Shown one piece after another: positions 22,595 through 39,010 of a DNA stretch of 64,000 bases. This DNA comes from an uncultured Acidobacteriota bacterium (lineage in GTDB: Bacteria; Acidobacteriota; Blastocatellia; RBC074), in the NCBI GenBank assembly GCA_963796275.1, contig CAWCKY010000003.1, positions 1,312,001 to 1,376,000 of the forward strand, written 5' to 3'. Positions within the stretch are counted from its first letter, which is position 1. Every line of letters starts with the position of its first letter. The position numbers and the translations under genes are program-made. The notes under the pieces were generated by a model that was given only the letters and a program-made list of their open reading frames with translations, ran no database searches and was not told where the DNA came from.

Positions 22595-23881
22595 ATGGAA
22601 CGAATTTACCGTGATCCGGTTCACAACATAATCGCTCTCTCGGAGTCGCGAGCGGATGATGCGCTGCTCATTGAGCTGATCGATACGGCGGAATTTCAGC
22701 GCCTGCGCCATATAAAACAGCTCGGGCTTGCGCTCTATACCTACCAGGGTGCTGAGCATTCGCGATTCACCCATTCGCTCGGCGTCATGCACATCATGAC
22801 GCGGGTGTTGGATCACCTCCAGAGGCGGTACACCATCAGCGATGAGGCCCGGCTGGTAGCGCGTGCAGCGGCCATGCTCCATGACATCGGGCACGGCCCC
22901 TTCTCTCACGTCATCGAAAAAGTTCTCAAGCAGAATCACGAGCGATGGTCTATGCGGATCATCGCCGATCCGTCCACCAACGTGCACCAGCGCCTGGCGT
23001 CCTACGATCCGGGCTTGCCGGAGAAGGTTGTCGCAGCAATCGATCATCGCTATCGCCCCGCTTATGTGGGGCAGCTCGTTTCATCACAGCTCGACGTCGA
23101 TCGCTTCGACTACCTGCTGCGCGATAGCCTGATGACCGGCGCGAAATACGGTATTTACGATCTGGAATGGATCATCCACGCGCTTGAGATCGATCAACGG
23201 AACGACCGGGTCTACGTCGGTGCCAACGGTCTTTATGCCGTTGAAGAATACCTGCAGTCGCGATATTACATGTTTCGCCAGGTCTACTTTCATCGCCTGC
23301 TGCGTTCCGCCGAGGCTGTGTTGCTGAGCATACTGCGGCGCGCTATCGAGATAATGAAAGCAGGATCCCTCAATTTCGTCGTATCCGGATCGGTGATGGA
23401 GCGCGTATTGGCCGGAGAAGAATTGACGCTCGCCGAATATCTGCTCTTCGATGACCATGATGTGATGTTTCACATCAAGCGATGGACGTGTGAGCCGGAC
23501 GGGATACTGAGCGATCTCTCACGGCGTTTTATGGAACGCAGGCTGTTCAAGGTGATAGATCTGGATCTCGATGGCGATGAACGATTGCGATACATCGAGC
23601 GAGCGCGCAGGAATGTCCAGAAGTTGGGGTTTGACCCGCGTTACTACTTAATAGATGATCATGCAGCCGATATTCCCTACTATAGTTATTATCGTCCCGA
23701 AGGTAAGGCGCGCATTTATATCGAGCGTCAGGGAGAGATATGCGACATCGCCGAGGTCTCGAGCGTCGTGCGCGGGATGCGGGGATATGAACTCCGGCGC
23801 CTCTGCTTCCCTCAGGAGGCGACCGCAGCAATTGTGGGGTCGGGTAGAAATCAGAAGGCTAAAGGTAAAATCAAAGGGTAA
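22595..23881 (+). CDS. HD-domain phosphohydrolase (SAMHD1-like family)
   Basis: [44 protein letters not shown]. Confidence 0.9.
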   Translation: MERIYRDPVHNIIALSESRADDALLIELIDTAEFQRLRHIKQLGLALYTYQGAEHSRFTHSLGVMHIMTRVLDHLQRRYTISDEARLVARAAAMLHDIGHGPFSHVIEKVLKQNHERWSMRIIADPSTNVHQRLASYDPGLPEKVVAAIDHRYRPAYVGQLVSSQLDVDRFDYLLRDSLMTGAKYGIYDLEWIIHALEIDQRNDRVYVGANGLYAVEEYLQSRYYMFRQVYFHRLLRSAEAVLLSILRRAIEIMKAGSLNFVVSGSVMERVLAGEELTLAEYLLFDDHDVMFHIKRWTCEPDGILSDLSRRFMERRLFKVIDLDLDGDERLRYIERARRNVQKLGFDPRYYLIDDHAADIPYYSYYRPEGKARIYIERQGEICDIAEVSSVVRGMRGYELRRLCFPQEATAAIVGSGRNQKAKGKIKG

Positions 23882-23928
23882 AATGTGAAATATAGGAATT
23901 ATTACTTATAACTTTTGATTTCATCTAC
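23844..23928. repeat. Degenerate heptameric palindrome overlapping the HD gene 3' end
   Basis: GTAGAAATCAGAAGG...GGTAAAA // ACTTTTGATTTCATCTAC. Confidence 0.55.
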
Positions 23929-24014
23929 TGGGGCCAGTGCGGTATAATTTCCGCTGCCCCTAACCGTAGGCCGCCGATACAGGGCGTTTAAGAATAATAA
24001 ACTCGTAAATAGTC

Positions 24015-25415
24015 ATGTCGCGTATTTCGCTACACGCCAGATTGTCTCTCTGCTTCCTGCTTTGGCTGTTGCTTTGTTTCTTCCCGACCGGGGCGCGCAC
24101 CCAGGAGACGCAAGCGACATCGACCGCCTCGATTCCCTATCCCACGCTGCCCCGTGAAGAACGGATAAAGCTGTTTGAGCAGGTGTGGCGGTCTATCAAC
24201 GAAAATTACTACGATCGTAATTTTAACGGGATCGATTGGAAGCTGCAGCGCGAGATATTTCGCCTGCAAGCCGAATCAGCGGTGAGCAATGAAGACCTCT
24301 ATCGGACCCTGCGACAGATGATAGGCAAATTGGGCGATGCGCATACGCGCATCTACGCACCCGAAGATGGATTTGATCGTTATCGCCCTTCCGGCACGAC
24401 GGTCGGGGTGATCGTGCGCAGGATCGAAGATAAACCGATCGTCACATGGGTCGAACCCAGCTCGGAGGCGTTTAGACAAGGGGTTCGACAGGGATTCACC
24501 GTTTTCTCGGTTAATGGTCAACCCGTCGAGAAAGTACTGGATAAGGTTCGGGCGGATGTGGGAGATAGCTCGACCAAGGTCGCCCTTGAGCTGCTGAGTT
24601 ATGATCGGATTTTTGCCGGGCCACGCGGCACGCCGGTGATAGTGGCATTCCTCGACGAAGGGGGGAGAAGGAGAGTGGTGACGTTGATGCGGCGTTTCGT
24701 CGAGTTCCAACGGCGGGTGACCGTGCGCCAAATGCCTAATCGTCTCGGGTACATCGAATTGACTGGCTTCGGCCCGGAGATCGAGCGTGAATTCGAATAC
24801 GCGATGCAATATATGATGGAGACCGGGACGCGCGGGATAATTCTGGACTTGCGCAACAACGGCGGCGGTTTCGTGAGCACGGTTGCGCAGGTAGCCAGCT
24901 ATTTCTTTGACGAAGAAGTCGATCTGGGTGAATTTATTACGAGGCAGGGACGTTCGACTCGCCGCAAGACGCAGCGACAGCGAACCTTTTACCGTGAACC
25001 CTTGATTGTGCTCGTCAGCGCGCGTTCGGCGAGCGGTTCAGAGATCTTTGCGGCGGCGATGCAGGAGAGGAAGCGCGCCACTATCCTGAGCACAAACTCG
25101 ACCACCTGCGGCTGTCTGCTCGGCGTCAGCCGGACCATAAAACTGCTCGATGGCGGCAAGTTGAACATCAGCGATACCGATTTTCGCACCTCGATGGGCC
25201 GTCGCATTGAAGGCACCGGTGTGACACCGGATTATATAATCGAGATGCGTACTGCCGATCTGCTTGCCGGCCGCGACCGTGCGTTGGAAGCGGGAGTGGA
25301 TCAGCTCAGCCGTATGATAGCTTTCGGGCGCGACAAATGGGAGATTGGGTTCCCCTTGAAGGTGCCGAATCTCGGGGTGCGCGCGTCCACCCGTAGTTCA
25401 GCTGTATCTCGATGA
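24015..25415 (+). CDS. S41 family C-terminal processing peptidase
   Basis: Signal peptide, [30 protein letters not shown]. Confidence 0.88.
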   Translation: MSRISLHARLSLCFLLWLLLCFFPTGARTQETQATSTASIPYPTLPREERIKLFEQVWRSINENYYDRNFNGIDWKLQREIFRLQAESAVSNEDLYRTLRQMIGKLGDAHTRIYAPEDGFDRYRPSGTTVGVIVRRIEDKPIVTWVEPSSEAFRQGVRQGFTVFSVNGQPVEKVLDKVRADVGDSSTKVALELLSYDRIFAGPRGTPVIVAFLDEGGRRRVVTLMRRFVEFQRRVTVRQMPNRLGYIELTGFGPEIEREFEYAMQYMMETGTRGIILDLRNNGGGFVSTVAQVASYFFDEEVDLGEFITRQGRSTRRKTQRQRTFYREPLIVLVSARSASGSEIFAAAMQERKRATILSTNSTTCGCLLGVSRTIKLLDGGKLNISDTDFRTSMGRRIEGTGVTPDYIIEMRTADLLAGRDRALEAGVDQLSRMIAFGRDKWEIGFPLKVPNLGVRASTRSSAVSR

Positions 25416-25465
25416 ACTTTAGCCCCCAATTGTCAATCCACACAATATGTCGGGAGTTTGGTTCT

Positions 25466-26410
25466 ATGAGCCGTATATTGCAGTTCGCGATCTGCATCGT
25501 ACTTCTATTAACAACCATCAGCGTCGCACAGGCGCAATGGGTCCTGGCTTTTGAAGACAAAACGAGGCGGGACCTGAATGGGGTCTTTTTTCTCGATCAG
25601 CGTTTCGGTTGGATCATCGGCGATGGGGGGATCATTCATGCAACACAGACCAGCGGTCAGGGATGGGTTGTTCAAAACCCCAAGGTCAAGGCCAACATTA
25701 AGGAGGTCTATTTCCGAAATCGTGAAGAAGGATGGGTGATCGCCAGCGGAGGCCACATCCTGCGAACGCTGGATGGAGGAGAGACGTGGTCGGTCGCCTA
25801 TAAGTTGGCGGTGGACTCGAAGGAGGGCAAGCAGGGATTAAACAGCATCGCTTTTCCCAATAAGAATAAGGGTTGGGTGGTAGGGACGTCCGGCCGAATC
25901 CTCATCACCGAGGACGGCGGAGCGAGTTGGCGTGAACAGGAGAGCGGTACTAGCGAGGAATTGGTCCACGTTCGCTTCGTCAATGATAAACGCGGTTGGG
26001 TTGTCGGTGGAAACGGAACTATACTATTCACCGACGATAGCGGAAGGACCTGGGAAAAACAGAAGAGCCCGTATATAGGCCCGCTCTATCACATCGATGT
26101 GCGCGGTAAAGACACCGCCTGGATAGTAGGGGATAATGGAACGATACTTTTCACGGGAAATACCGGAACGATCTGGGATAAGATCAAGCTCAACACGAAA
26201 GAGACGCTTGTCAATATCGCCTTCGCCAATGACAAGAATGGCTGGGTTACCGGCTGGAATGGCACGATTCTCCGTACCGGAGATGGCGGCAGAAATTGGA
26301 TCGAACAGGAGAGCGGAACTACTGTGAATCTGTACGGCCTGTCGGTTTCGAAGAAGCAGGTCTGGGCAGTGGGTGGGGATGGTTTGGTCTTAAAATACAA
26401 AAACGAATAA
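25466..26410 (+). CDS. YCF48-related beta-propeller protein
   Basis: Repeated GWVVGxxGxILxTxDGGxxW units. Confidence 0.88.
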   Translation: MSRILQFAICIVLLLTTISVAQAQWVLAFEDKTRRDLNGVFFLDQRFGWIIGDGGIIHATQTSGQGWVVQNPKVKANIKEVYFRNREEGWVIASGGHILRTLDGGETWSVAYKLAVDSKEGKQGLNSIAFPNKNKGWVVGTSGRILITEDGGASWREQESGTSEELVHVRFVNDKRGWVVGGNGTILFTDDSGRTWEKQKSPYIGPLYHIDVRGKDTAWIVGDNGTILFTGNTGTIWDKIKLNTKETLVNIAFANDKNGWVTGWNGTILRTGDGGRNWIEQESGTTVNLYGLSVSKKQVWAVGGDGLVLKYKNE

Positions 26411-26487
26411 AGAAAGAAGTAAAAGGGTAATAAGAAGAAGGGGCAAAGAATTTGTTTCTTCTTGTAATTGCCCTTTTTGTTTGCTCT
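26411..26487. repeat. A/G-rich vs T/C-rich palindromic element between convergent genes
   Basis: AAAAGGGTAATAAGAAGAA // TTCTTCTTGTAATTGCCCTTTTT. Confidence 0.55.
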
Positions 26488-27749
26488 CATTCATACCTCA
26501 ATCCTTCGACGGGCGTCAGGCGTGATGCAGTTCTCGACGGATAAAGAGTTGCCAGTAGACAGATCACGATTGCAAGTACAGCTACCGCGATGCAGTCGAT
26601 CGCGCGCATTTTGAGCGTCACGTGTGAAACCGCGTAGATCTCGGCCGGAATGGAGATCAGCCGATACGCGTTCGCGATCCAGCATACCGTGAGGCCGAGC
26701 GCCAGCCCCGATCCCGCGCCGATCACGCCGATGATGGCTCCCTGGAAGATGAAAATTCTGCGAATCGCCCGCGGGGTAGCGCCCTGAGCGCGAAGGATCG
26801 CGATGTCTTTGTTCTTTTCGATGACCGTCATCGTCAGCGTTGTGATGATGTTGAGCGCTGCGATGGCTATCAGCAGGGCGAAGAAGATGATAATCATGCG
26901 ATGTTGCAATTGCAGCGCTGCGAAGAGCCCGCTATTCAATTCCAGCCAGTTGGTCGTGATGAATCCTTCCCCCGCCACCAGGCGCACTTTCTCTCCGATC
27001 TCCCTGACGGCATAAATATCCTCGACTTTCATCTCGATGATCTTGGCCGTCTGGCCGATTCCGCTCAAACTCTGGGCTGCTTTCAGGTCGATATAGGCCC
27101 AGTTTCTGTCGTATGAATATAAACCCGAAGAGAAAATTCCCACCACACGAAATTTAGTGTAGCGCGGCCTGGGCTGTAACCCTGCCGGTGTCAGCCGCGA
27201 TTGTGCGGAGATGGCTGTTACGAAACTATTCAACCCGATCCCCAGAGTTCTAGCCAACTCATCTCCGACGATCATCCCCTCGATCGGCTCGTCCGCATCA
27301 TTCTTGATCGCATCGCCGGACCTGAGCAAAGAAGGATCGCCCTCGACAATTGTCGAAATGACTTCGTTGGCACCAAGCGCATTGCTCATATCGACGCTTT
27401 TTAAGATCGCCTGCTCCTGAATATTCCCGAAGCTCAGGAGAACCGGGGTGTAGCTGGTGGCGATTGGCTCCCGGACTCCATCTACCTGGCTGATGCGTTT
27501 TATCAGATCGTCATAGTCCGCAATCCCGCCGTTGTCTTCCCTTAGCAAGTTGAGATGCGCGGTGCCTTTAAGTATCTTATCCTGCACGTCGGAACGAAAA
27601 CCGGTAATCAACGCCTGGGCCACGATGAGAGCCGCAACGCCCAGCGTGATGCCGGCCACGGCTATGGCGGTGATCACCGAAACCGCAGTCTGGCGCCGCC
27701 GGGCCGTTAAGTAGCGGAATGCAATGAAAGATTCGTAGGACAATTTCAT
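26487..27749 (-). CDS. Lipoprotein-releasing ABC transporter permease (LolC/E)
   Basis: [46 protein letters not shown]; downstream of lysS. Confidence 0.9.
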   Translation of the reverse strand: MKLSYESFIAFRYLTARRRQTAVSVITAIAVAGITLGVAALIVAQALITGFRSDVQDKILKGTAHLNLLREDNGGIADYDDLIKRISQVDGVREPIATSYTPVLLSFGNIQEQAILKSVDMSNALGANEVISTIVEGDPSLLRSGDAIKNDADEPIEGMIVGDELARTLGIGLNSFVTAISAQSRLTPAGLQPRPRYTKFRVVGIFSSGLYSYDRNWAYIDLKAAQSLSGIGQTAKIIEMKVEDIYAVREIGEKVRLVAGEGFITTNWLELNSGLFAALQLQHRMIIIFFALLIAIAALNIITTLTMTVIEKNKDIAILRAQGATPRAIRRIFIFQGAIIGVIGAGSGLALGLTVCWIANAYRLISIPAEIYAVSHVTLKMRAIDCIAVAVLAIVICLLATLYPSRTASRLTPVEGLRYE

Positions 27750-29311
27750 TTGGTTTCGGGCCGCATATGCGGGAAGAGGATAACGTCGCGGATCGATCGC
27801 TGATTGGTCAGTATCATCACCAGTCGATCGATGCCGATGCCTTCTCCGCCGGTCGGCGGCATGCCGTAGGAGAGCGCCCTGATGTAATCTTCATCCATCA
27901 CCATCGCCTCGTCATCGCCGCGCTCGCGCTGCGACATTTGTTCTTCGAAACGGCGGCGCTGTTCGGCGGGATCGTTCAACTCCGAAAAAGCGTTTGCGAT
28001 CTCCATCTTAGCGATGAACAGCTCAAAGCGCTCGACAAAACGGGGATCGCCCGCCTTCTGCTTCGATAACGGCGAGAGCTCGGTCGGGAATTCCATGATG
28101 AAGGTCGGGTTGATGAGCTCCGGCTCGGCGACTCGTTCGAATATTTCGCCCAGCAGCTGCCCGTCGTTCAATTTGGGATTGTAGTTCAATCCGATCGAAG
28201 CTGCCGCCTCTTCGAGCTTTTTGCGATCCATCAAATCTTCAGGCGTGGGGCGGGTCGATTCCGCCGGCCAGTATTTGATGACCGCCTCGCGCATCGTCAA
28301 GCGCTGCCATTTATCGAAATCGATCGAAAGATCGGAGTATGTCACCTGGCGCGATCCGGCTATTCGGTCGACGAGCGTCATGATCAGCTCTTCGGTCAAA
28401 TCCATCATGTCGTTGAAGTCCGAATAGGCTTCGTACCATTCGAGCATGGTGAACTCGGGGTTGTGTTTGTAAGAGAGCCCTTCGTTGCGAAAGTTGCGGT
28501 TGATCTCATAGACCTTCTCGAATCCGCCGACGATCAGCCTCTTCAGATAGAGCTCCGGCGCGATACGGGCGAAGAGATCGATATCCAGAGCGTTGTGATG
28601 AGTGACGAAGGGGCGGGCCGCCGCGCCCGTGGCCAGCGGCGAGAGCATCGGCGTTTCGACCTCGATATATCCGCGCTCGTCGAAGAAGTGGCGGACCGCG
28701 CGGATGATCCGCGCCCGCTTCTCGAAGACTTCGCGCGTCGTCAGCTCGCCCGGCAGGCGTTCGTGCGCAGCGCTGCTCGCGATCAGATCGACATAACGCT
28801 GGCGATAGCGCAGCTCTTTATCTTGTACGCCGTGATACTTGTCCGGCATCGGCAACATCGCTTTGGCCAGGAATTCCAGGCGTATCGCGTGTAGCGATAG
28901 CTCGCCCGTCTTCGTAATGAAGAGAAACCCGGTAACGCCGATCCAGTCGCCGTGGTCCAGCTTCCGAGAAAGTTCCCAGCCGGCCTCGCCGATATCGTTC
29001 TTGCGCATGTAAATCTGAAGTTGGTTCAACCCGTCGGAGAGGTGCGCGAACGCCGCCTTGCCCATCAATCGCGGAGTCAGCATGCGGCCGGCGATGCGCA
29101 CTTCGCCGCCTTCGGCCGCTTTCAATTGGGCGTTTGCGCGCTCGAGTTCGGCATCGTCCTTTTTGCCGGCGTAGCTCATATATCGTTCCGCTAGCTGCGA
29201 GATCGTATGAGTGCGGTCGAAGCGGTTGGGATAGGCGGCGTGACCCATGGCCGCTATTTCGGATAGGTGGAGCTTGCGTTGTTTAATCTGGTCGTTGTCT
29301 TGATCGAGCAA
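27746..29311 (-). CDS. lysS: Lysine--tRNA ligase, class II
   Basis: [52 protein letters not shown]; TTG start with GAGGAG RBS. Confidence 0.97.
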   Translation of the reverse strand: MLDQDNDQIKQRKLHLSEIAAMGHAAYPNRFDRTHTISQLAERYMSYAGKKDDAELERANAQLKAAEGGEVRIAGRMLTPRLMGKAAFAHLSDGLNQLQIYMRKNDIGEAGWELSRKLDHGDWIGVTGFLFITKTGELSLHAIRLEFLAKAMLPMPDKYHGVQDKELRYRQRYVDLIASSAAHERLPGELTTREVFEKRARIIRAVRHFFDERGYIEVETPMLSPLATGAAARPFVTHHNALDIDLFARIAPELYLKRLIVGGFEKVYEINRNFRNEGLSYKHNPEFTMLEWYEAYSDFNDMMDLTEELIMTLVDRIAGSRQVTYSDLSIDFDKWQRLTMREAVIKYWPAESTRPTPEDLMDRKKLEEAAASIGLNYNPKLNDGQLLGEIFERVAEPELINPTFIMEFPTELSPLSKQKAGDPRFVERFELFIAKMEIANAFSELNDPAEQRRRFEEQMSQRERGDDEAMVMDEDYIRALSYGMPPTGGEGIGIDRLVMILTNQRSIRDVILFPHMRPETK

Positions 29312-29325
29312 TTACAACTCCTCGG

Positions 29326-29416
29326 AAAATAGTTTTTAGTTTTTAGTTGAGCATCTCGATCGGCAACTAAAACGACTAAAACTGAAAACTGAAAACTGAA
29401 AACTGAAAACTATTTT
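29326..29416. repeat. Heptameric palindrome (TAGTTTT / AAAACTG) with TCTCGATC loop
   Basis: AAAATAGTTTT... // (AAAACTG)x4 AAAACTATTTT; related copy at 57482-57543. Confidence 0.85.
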
Positions 29417-29545
29417 GGCACAAATGGGCGGTTTGCACGTTTGAGATTTGAGAAACCGTCCCAGTAGTGTAATGATCCCGCCCCTAATCAGACGGTGCGC
29501 CCATAGAAACGCGAATTATAACAGATTTCAAAAAAGGAGCTGAAC

Positions 29546-29878
29546 ATGAGAACCCGTATGAGATTCCTGATTATTACAGGAGCCGCGCTTTTAATCATGA
29601 TCGCGGCCGTGCTCGCGAAAAACGTGGATTCGAAGGAATCAGCGGATGCCGGCGCCTGGGAGTACCTGGTCGTCGCCGGCGGTACCGTTAACCTCGAATC
29701 GGTGAGCGGTAGAGAGTTCAAGGAGATGCAGAAACAATCGGATGGATCGTTCAGAGAAGCCACTGTGTTGCAGAGAAATTTAGACAAACTCGGTGCGAAG
29801 GGCTGGCAATTGGTCACGGTATACGGCTCACCCAATTCTCAGATCTATTATTTCAAACGGCCGAAAGAGGTGAGATGA
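29546..29878 (+). CDS. Small secreted DUF4177-like protein
   Basis: WEYLVV...LDKLGAKGWQLV...YYFKRP; RBS AAGGAG. Confidence 0.75.
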   Translation: MRTRMRFLIITGAALLIMIAAVLAKNVDSKESADAGAWEYLVVAGGTVNLESVSGREFKEMQKQSDGSFREATVLQRNLDKLGAKGWQLVTVYGSPNSQIYYFKRPKEVR

Positions 29879-29980
29879 CCGTCCGGAAAGGCGAAATTTT
29901 GGTGAAACATCTCTATTACCCGTCGCGTATAGCCGATAGCAAGCGATATTAGAGCGTCGTCAAGGAGGCAAGACAAAATT

Positions 29981-30181
29981 ATGGGTCAAGCGATCGGAAC
30001 AATTATCGTAGTGGTTATCGCGCTCGTGGTTATTGCAGCCGTCGGAAGTTTGGTTATCTCTGTGCTTGGAATGTTTCTTGCTTTTATTCCTTTGCTGATC
30101 AAGCTGGCGATCTGGGGTGGATTGATATATCTGGGTTGGCTGGTGTTTCGCAAAATCGCTCAAGATAAGACTGCTGATTGA
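29981..30181 (+). CDS. Small membrane protein
   Basis: Hydrophobic 66 aa, RBS AAGGAGG, ECF-like TGAAAC-N17-CGTA upstream (29903-29929). Confidence 0.7.
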   Translation: MGQAIGTIIVVVIALVVIAAVGSLVISVLGMFLAFIPLLIKLAIWGGLIYLGWLVFRKIAQDKTAD

Positions 30182-30213
30182 TTGGTCGTTCAATCAATCT
30201 CGGCAAAGTTAAA

Positions 30214-30308
30214 GCCGCATCATCTGCTCACAGCCCTGTCTCCGAAATGCAGCATCTGAACTTTTTTGCCGCATAAAGGTTAGTGGGCCGATGATGCGGC
30301 CTCTTTTT
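30214..30308 (+). terminator. Long-loop hairpin followed by T-tract
   Basis: GCCGCATCATC...GATGATGCGGC-CTCTTTTT. Confidence 0.5.
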
Positions 30309-30375
30309 GCACATCTAGCCTGGTGGATATAAGAATAAGCTAGATTGAGTTCACGCGAGCGCTCCCAAATATCTG

Positions 30376-31035
30376 CTAATTTCCTACCAAACCAATCAAT
30401 TCACTGAATCGTTCGATCAAATAATCAGCCCCGGCTTCGGTCAATTCCGTCCGCCCGCGAAAGCCTGGAATATAACCGCATGTTTCCATCCCGGCAGCTT
30501 TTCCGGCCGCCACATCTACGCGGGTGTCGCCGATCATCAGCGACATCCGCGGCGCCGCCGCACAACGGCGAACCGCTTCCAGCAACATCGACGGCGAGGG
30601 TTTGCGCTCCGGCAGGCTGTCTCCGCCGAGGATTATATCGAAATGTTTGTGTAAACCTATGCCATCCAGAAGAGCGATCGTGAATTCGTACGGTTTGTTG
30701 GTCACGACCGCTTTCGGGATGTGCGCCAGGGTCGTCAGAGTCTCCTCGACTTCGGGATAGATCGTTGTTCGATCCAATAGATGTTCGCGGTAGTGGCGAC
30801 CGAAGGCTTCCAGCGCACGATCGATCTCCGATGTTTGCGGCGCCGTTTCCCCGGTCGAGCGCAGCGCTCTCTCGACCAGCAGTCTTGCGCCCTCTCCGAC
30901 GAAATTTATTACCCTCTCGTCAGGCAGCCCCTCGCGACCGAATTCGACAAGCATGAGGTTGATCGATTTGATCAGGTCGGCTCGTGAATCCACGAGCGTG
31001 CCATCAAGATCGAAGAGCAGACATTGATATTTCAC
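30376..31035 (-). CDS. HAD phosphatase, phosphoglycolate phosphatase-like
   Basis: [28 protein letters not shown]. Confidence 0.88.
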   Translation of the reverse strand: MKYQCLLFDLDGTLVDSRADLIKSINLMLVEFGREGLPDERVINFVGEGARLLVERALRSTGETAPQTSEIDRALEAFGRHYREHLLDRTTIYPEVEETLTTLAHIPKAVVTNKPYEFTIALLDGIGLHKHFDIILGGDSLPERKPSPSMLLEAVRRCAAAPRMSLMIGDTRVDVAAGKAAGMETCGYIPGFRGRTELTEAGADYLIERFSELIGLVGN

Positions 31036-31070
31036 TTTTGCATTCCTTCTAAAAAGAATAGTATTGCCAG

Positions 31071-33156
31071 ATGGATATCAAGCATTTCAATGATGATCAG
31101 ACGCCCAAATATACAAACCGGCTGATCCACGAGACAAGCCCTTATCTGCTTCAGCACGCGCACAATCCGGTGGATTGGTTCCCCTGGGGTGAGAGAGGCG
31201 CTGGACCGAGCGCGAGCGGAGGATAAACCAATCCACCTCAGTATCGGATATTCGGCCTGTCACTGGTGTCATGTGCTCGCCCACGAGAGCTTCGAGAACG
31301 AGTCCACCGCGGAACTGCTGAACGAAAACTTCATCAATATCAAAGTCGATCGTGAAGAACGCCCTGATCTGGATGCGATCTATATGAACGCCGTACAGAT
31401 GATAACCGGGAGCGGCGGGTGGCCGCTGACGATATTCATGACGCCGGATGGCAGGCCTTTCTATGGAGGTACATATTTCCCGCCGGTCGATCGCTATGGG
31501 ATGCCCGGATTTCCCCGTCTTCTCGTCACGATCGCCGATGCCTACCAGACGCGCCGGAACGAGGTCGAACAGAATGCCGGAGAATTAGTGAACGAATTGA
31601 AGCGGCTGGATCAGATAAATCATCAGGAGGGCGAACTCGGAATCGAAATCCTCGACCAGGCAGCCAACCAATTACTGCGGTCGCTCGATCCTGTTTACGG
31701 CGGGTTCGGCAGCAAGCCCAAATTTCCGCCATCCATGACGCTCACGTTTCTTTTGCGACAATTTCATCGAACGGGAAATGAATCGGCTCGGAGGGGCGTT
31801 GAATTGACGCTCGAGAAGATGGCGAAAGGTGGGATGTATGATCAGCTCGGCGGAGGATTCCACCGTTATTCGGTCGATGAAAAATGGCTGGTACCCCATT
31901 TCGAGAAGATGCTCTACGACAATGCGCTTCTCAGCCGCGTTTACCTCGACGCATACCTCGTCACCGGCAACGAATTTTATCGCCGGATCACGACGGAGAC
32001 GCTCGATTATGTAACGCGCGAGATGACTGGACCGAACGGCGGATTCTATTCATCACAGGACGCTGACAGCGAGGGCGAAGAAGGGAAGTTCTTCGTCTGG
32101 ACGCCGAATGAGGTCGCGGCGCTCATCGGCGAGGAGGATGCGCGGTTGTTCTGCCGCTATTACGATGTTTCGGAGACGGGCAATTTTGAGGGCCAGAGTA
32201 TCCTCCATATCGACGAAGATATCGATGTGATTGCGAGGTTGATGAGTGTGACGAAAGAGCGTTTGACCGGGGTCATCGACCGCGGCAGGCGCATCCTGTT
32301 CGAAGCTCGTGAGAAGCGCATCAAACCGCACCGCGATGAAAAAATGCTGACGGCATGGAATGGATTGATGTTGCGGAGCTTCGCAGAAGCCGGGCGCATC
32401 CTCGACCGCCGTGATTATCAGGAGACGGCGATCAAGAATGCCGAGTTTATTCTCGCACATCTGCATAGAGATGGCAGGTTATTACGCACCAGCAAAGACG
32501 GCGAGAGCAAGCTCAATGCGTACATAGAAGATTACGCTTATTTGATCGATGGTCTGCTCGCGCTCTATGAAGCAACTTTCGATCTGCGCTGGTTTGCTGA
32601 GGCCCGCAGGCTGGCTGGGACGATGATCGAACAGTTTTGGGATAAGGAGGCGGGGGGATTTTTCTTCACCAGCGCCGACCATGAGCAGCTGATCACGCGC
32701 AACAAAGATTTCTTTGACAACGCGATCCCATCCGGGAATTCGGTGGCCGCCCACGTGCTGTTGCGTTTATCGCTTTTCACCGGCGAAGAGCTTTATCGCA
32801 ATATTGGCGGGCAGATTCTGAGGCTAATGAAGAACCTCATGCTGAGAGCGCCGGGCGCTTCCGGCCATCTCCTCTGCGCGCTGGATCTCTATCTAGCATC
32901 GCCGTACGAAATCGCAATCGTCGGCCATCCTTCTTCGCAAGCGACCGGGGCGCTGATCGGTGAAGTCTTCAAAGTCTATCTGCCGAATAAAGTCATCGCG
33001 CTTTCTGCCCCGGGCGACCTCGTAGCCCCACAACAGATCAAACTACTGGAGAATAGGGCCGAAGTCGACGGTAAAGCTACAGCTTATGTCTGCCGCAATT
33101 TCTATTGCGAAGCCCCGGTGACGGAGCCGGAGCGGTTGAAAGCTCAGCTGGGATAG
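31071..33156 (+). CDS. Thioredoxin-domain glycoside hydrolase-like protein (YyaL/DUF255); extra base near 31193
   Basis: N-terminal [25 protein letters not shown] is in another frame from [31 protein letters not shown]. Confidence 0.9.
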
Positions 33157-33465
33157 GAATCCCACGCGAAGATGCTAAGGCGCAAATGCCACGGGAGCTT
33201 AATTGACCCGAGTTTCGGCTATTATCTATCGTTTGCCGAACTCGGGCGGCTTACTCTCCCATACTGCACAGATCGCCTGGCGGCGAAACTCGCGCTTCTT
33301 TTTTACCTCCCCGTTGCATCTTGGCGCTTTGTTTGTTGGAAATATCCCTGTCCTGAAAATTGACAGCCGCCGTCCATTTAAATAAGATAATTGACTATCT
33401 TCAGTAGGATCACCTTCGATAATAAGTGCTTCAAATAAATCACTAGGTAGAGTGGGCTCGGAAAG

Positions 33466-35723
<2,258 letters not shown>

Positions 35724-35725
35724 GC

Positions 35726-35772
35726 TCGGGAGGACGGGGAGAAGTAATCCCGCTCTCCCCGCCCTCCTGCCT
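35726..35772. terminator. Hairpin between convergent guaB and typA
   Basis: GGAGGACGGGGAGA // TCTCCCCGCCCTCC. Confidence 0.6.
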
Positions 35773-35773
35773 G

Positions 35774-37603
<1,830 letters not shown>

Positions 37604-37620
37604 TGATCTCAGATTTTATA

Positions 37621-37707
37621 GGAAAGCGGAACAAAAAAGGCAAAAAGACGCAGAAGGGATAAAATTTTGTCTATTTCGCCGTTTTTTGCCGGTTTTTCTT
37701 CTTCTTC
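37621..37707. repeat. Degenerate GGCAAAA-type palindromic element
   Basis: GGCAAAAAGACG // CGTTTTTTGCC. Confidence 0.5.
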
Positions 37708-37726
37708 AATAGATATTTGACGAAGC

Positions 37727-37741
37727 TGAAATTGATATTCA
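37727..37741. promoter_or_regulatory. Fur-like 7-1-7 box
   Basis: TGAAATT-G-ATATTCA upstream of a ferritin-like gene. Confidence 0.45.
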
Positions 37742-37861
37742 TTCAAATTATTCGCCACGCCTGCGTGTTGATTGACACCGCAGCACACGGTCGATATTTT
37801 TGATTAGTTACATTGAGCAATAATAAATAGCGGTTTTGAATCCAATAGAAGGAGTGGAAAT

Positions 37862-38338
37862 ATGGCAGTACAAAATGCGAATGCGAATGTGATCGAATCC
37901 CTCAATAAAGCACTATCGCTGGAGTACTCAGCGGTCATCCAATACAACCAACATCGCTTCCTGCTGACCGGTAAGGATCGACTTGTTTATGCCGACTTTT
38001 TTCGCGATTCGAGCAAAGAGGCGCACAAACACGTGAATAACCTGGGCGACAAGATAGTGGCGCTCGGCGGAGTTCCGACGGTTGAGCCGGGAGTCATTCA
38101 CCAGGCGACATCTCTTGCAGATATGTTGAAGCAGGACCTGGAACTCGAACGAGAAGCGCTCCAGGCATATCTCAAAGCGTGGGAGGCTTCGGAAAGCGAT
38201 CGACCGCTACGGTTCTGGTTGGAAGATATCATCCGTAGCGAGCAGCTACATATCGACGAACTCGAGAAGCTCACTTCCGAACGCGAAGTCCGCTCGGATC
38301 GCGTGAACCGCGAGATTCGATTCCGCGGAGTCAGTTAA
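37862..38338 (+). CDS. Ferritin-like (bacterioferritin/Dps-type) protein
   Basis: [38 protein letters not shown] di-iron pattern. Confidence 0.85.
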   Translation: MAVQNANANVIESLNKALSLEYSAVIQYNQHRFLLTGKDRLVYADFFRDSSKEAHKHVNNLGDKIVALGGVPTVEPGVIHQATSLADMLKQDLELEREALQAYLKAWEASESDRPLRFWLEDIIRSEQLHIDELEKLTSEREVRSDRVNREIRFRGVS

Positions 38339-38702
38339 TCGCGCTTCTCGCCTGATCATCAGTTTGAACAGCGGGTTGGGTCGCCGGCAGAATCGCTTGC
38401 GAATCCGACCCGCGTTGTGCAAATTCAATCACCTGGGCCGCGGAGCCAGGCGTAATCCTGCGTTCTTCGATGTGATTGCGGGTGCGTGAGAGCAACCGCT
38501 GCAACTGACCTATCTTGTCGGCGGCGATCGGTATAGTCTTCTGCTTCTGCCAACCTAAAACCTCATGCCAAGTGGATAACTGAAGCGCAACGATATCCTC
38601 TCCATCGCACTCATAGCACACAACTTCGAGCCGCGTCGCGGCCATCCCAGCATCCAGGCTTCCGATTACTTCGCGCTTTTCCAATCCCATATTCATTCTC
38701 AA
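38331..38702 (-). CDS. Hypothetical protein
   Basis: 123-aa ORF ([18 protein letters not shown]) with sigma70-like promoter upstream. Confidence 0.6.
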   Translation of the reverse strand: MRMNMGLEKREVIGSLDAGMAATRLEVVCYECDGEDIVALQLSTWHEVLGWQKQKTIPIAADKIGQLQRLLSRTRNHIEERRITPGSAAQVIEFAQRGSDSQAILPATQPAVQTDDQARSAIN

Positions 38703-38740
38703 AAGGGGCCCTGCTTATCTACCTTGCTTATCTATCCTAT

Positions 38741-38816
38741 AGATTATTGCTATTAGATTATTGCTATTAGCTTATCGCTTTGATCATTGCTTTTGATCAT
38801 TGCTATAAATTATTGC
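38741..38816. repeat. Tandem 13-14-nt repeats (GATYATTGCT core, about 6 units)
   Basis: AGATTATTGCTATT x2, AGCTTATCGCTTT, GATCATTGCTTTT, GATCATTGCTATA, AATTATTGC. Confidence 0.8.
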
Positions 38817-38840
38817 AGTTTCAAAACTTTCATTTCGTTC

Positions 38841-38893
38841 TTGAATTTCGTTTTCAACTAGACAAATTATATAATCAACCGGGCTAGAGTCAA
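38841..38893 (-). promoter_or_regulatory. Sigma70-like promoter with Fur-like box near the start site
   Basis: Minus strand TTGACT-N16-TATAAT then TTGAAAACGAAATTCAA. Confidence 0.55.
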
Positions 38894-39010
38894 GAGGAGA
38901 TAACGGGTAAGAGCAGAAAAAGGTGAATGATGGTATTTCTGATTGCGCATTGTGGACACTTTCATTAAATTTAGGGATGAGCATAAATCTGAAAGGAAGG
39001 GGGGGGAAAT

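Noticed and set aside
22595-23881. Antiphage dNTPase defence system
   Set aside because: Widespread HD family gene in housekeeping context with no defence-island neighbours
37862-38338. Encapsulin cargo ferritin-like protein
   Set aside because: C-terminal tail lacks an LxVGSL-type targeting peptide and no encapsulin gene is nearby
38741-38816. Mini-CRISPR or replication iterons
   Set aside because: Units are 13-14 nt, contiguous and degenerate, with no spacers and no rep or cas gene
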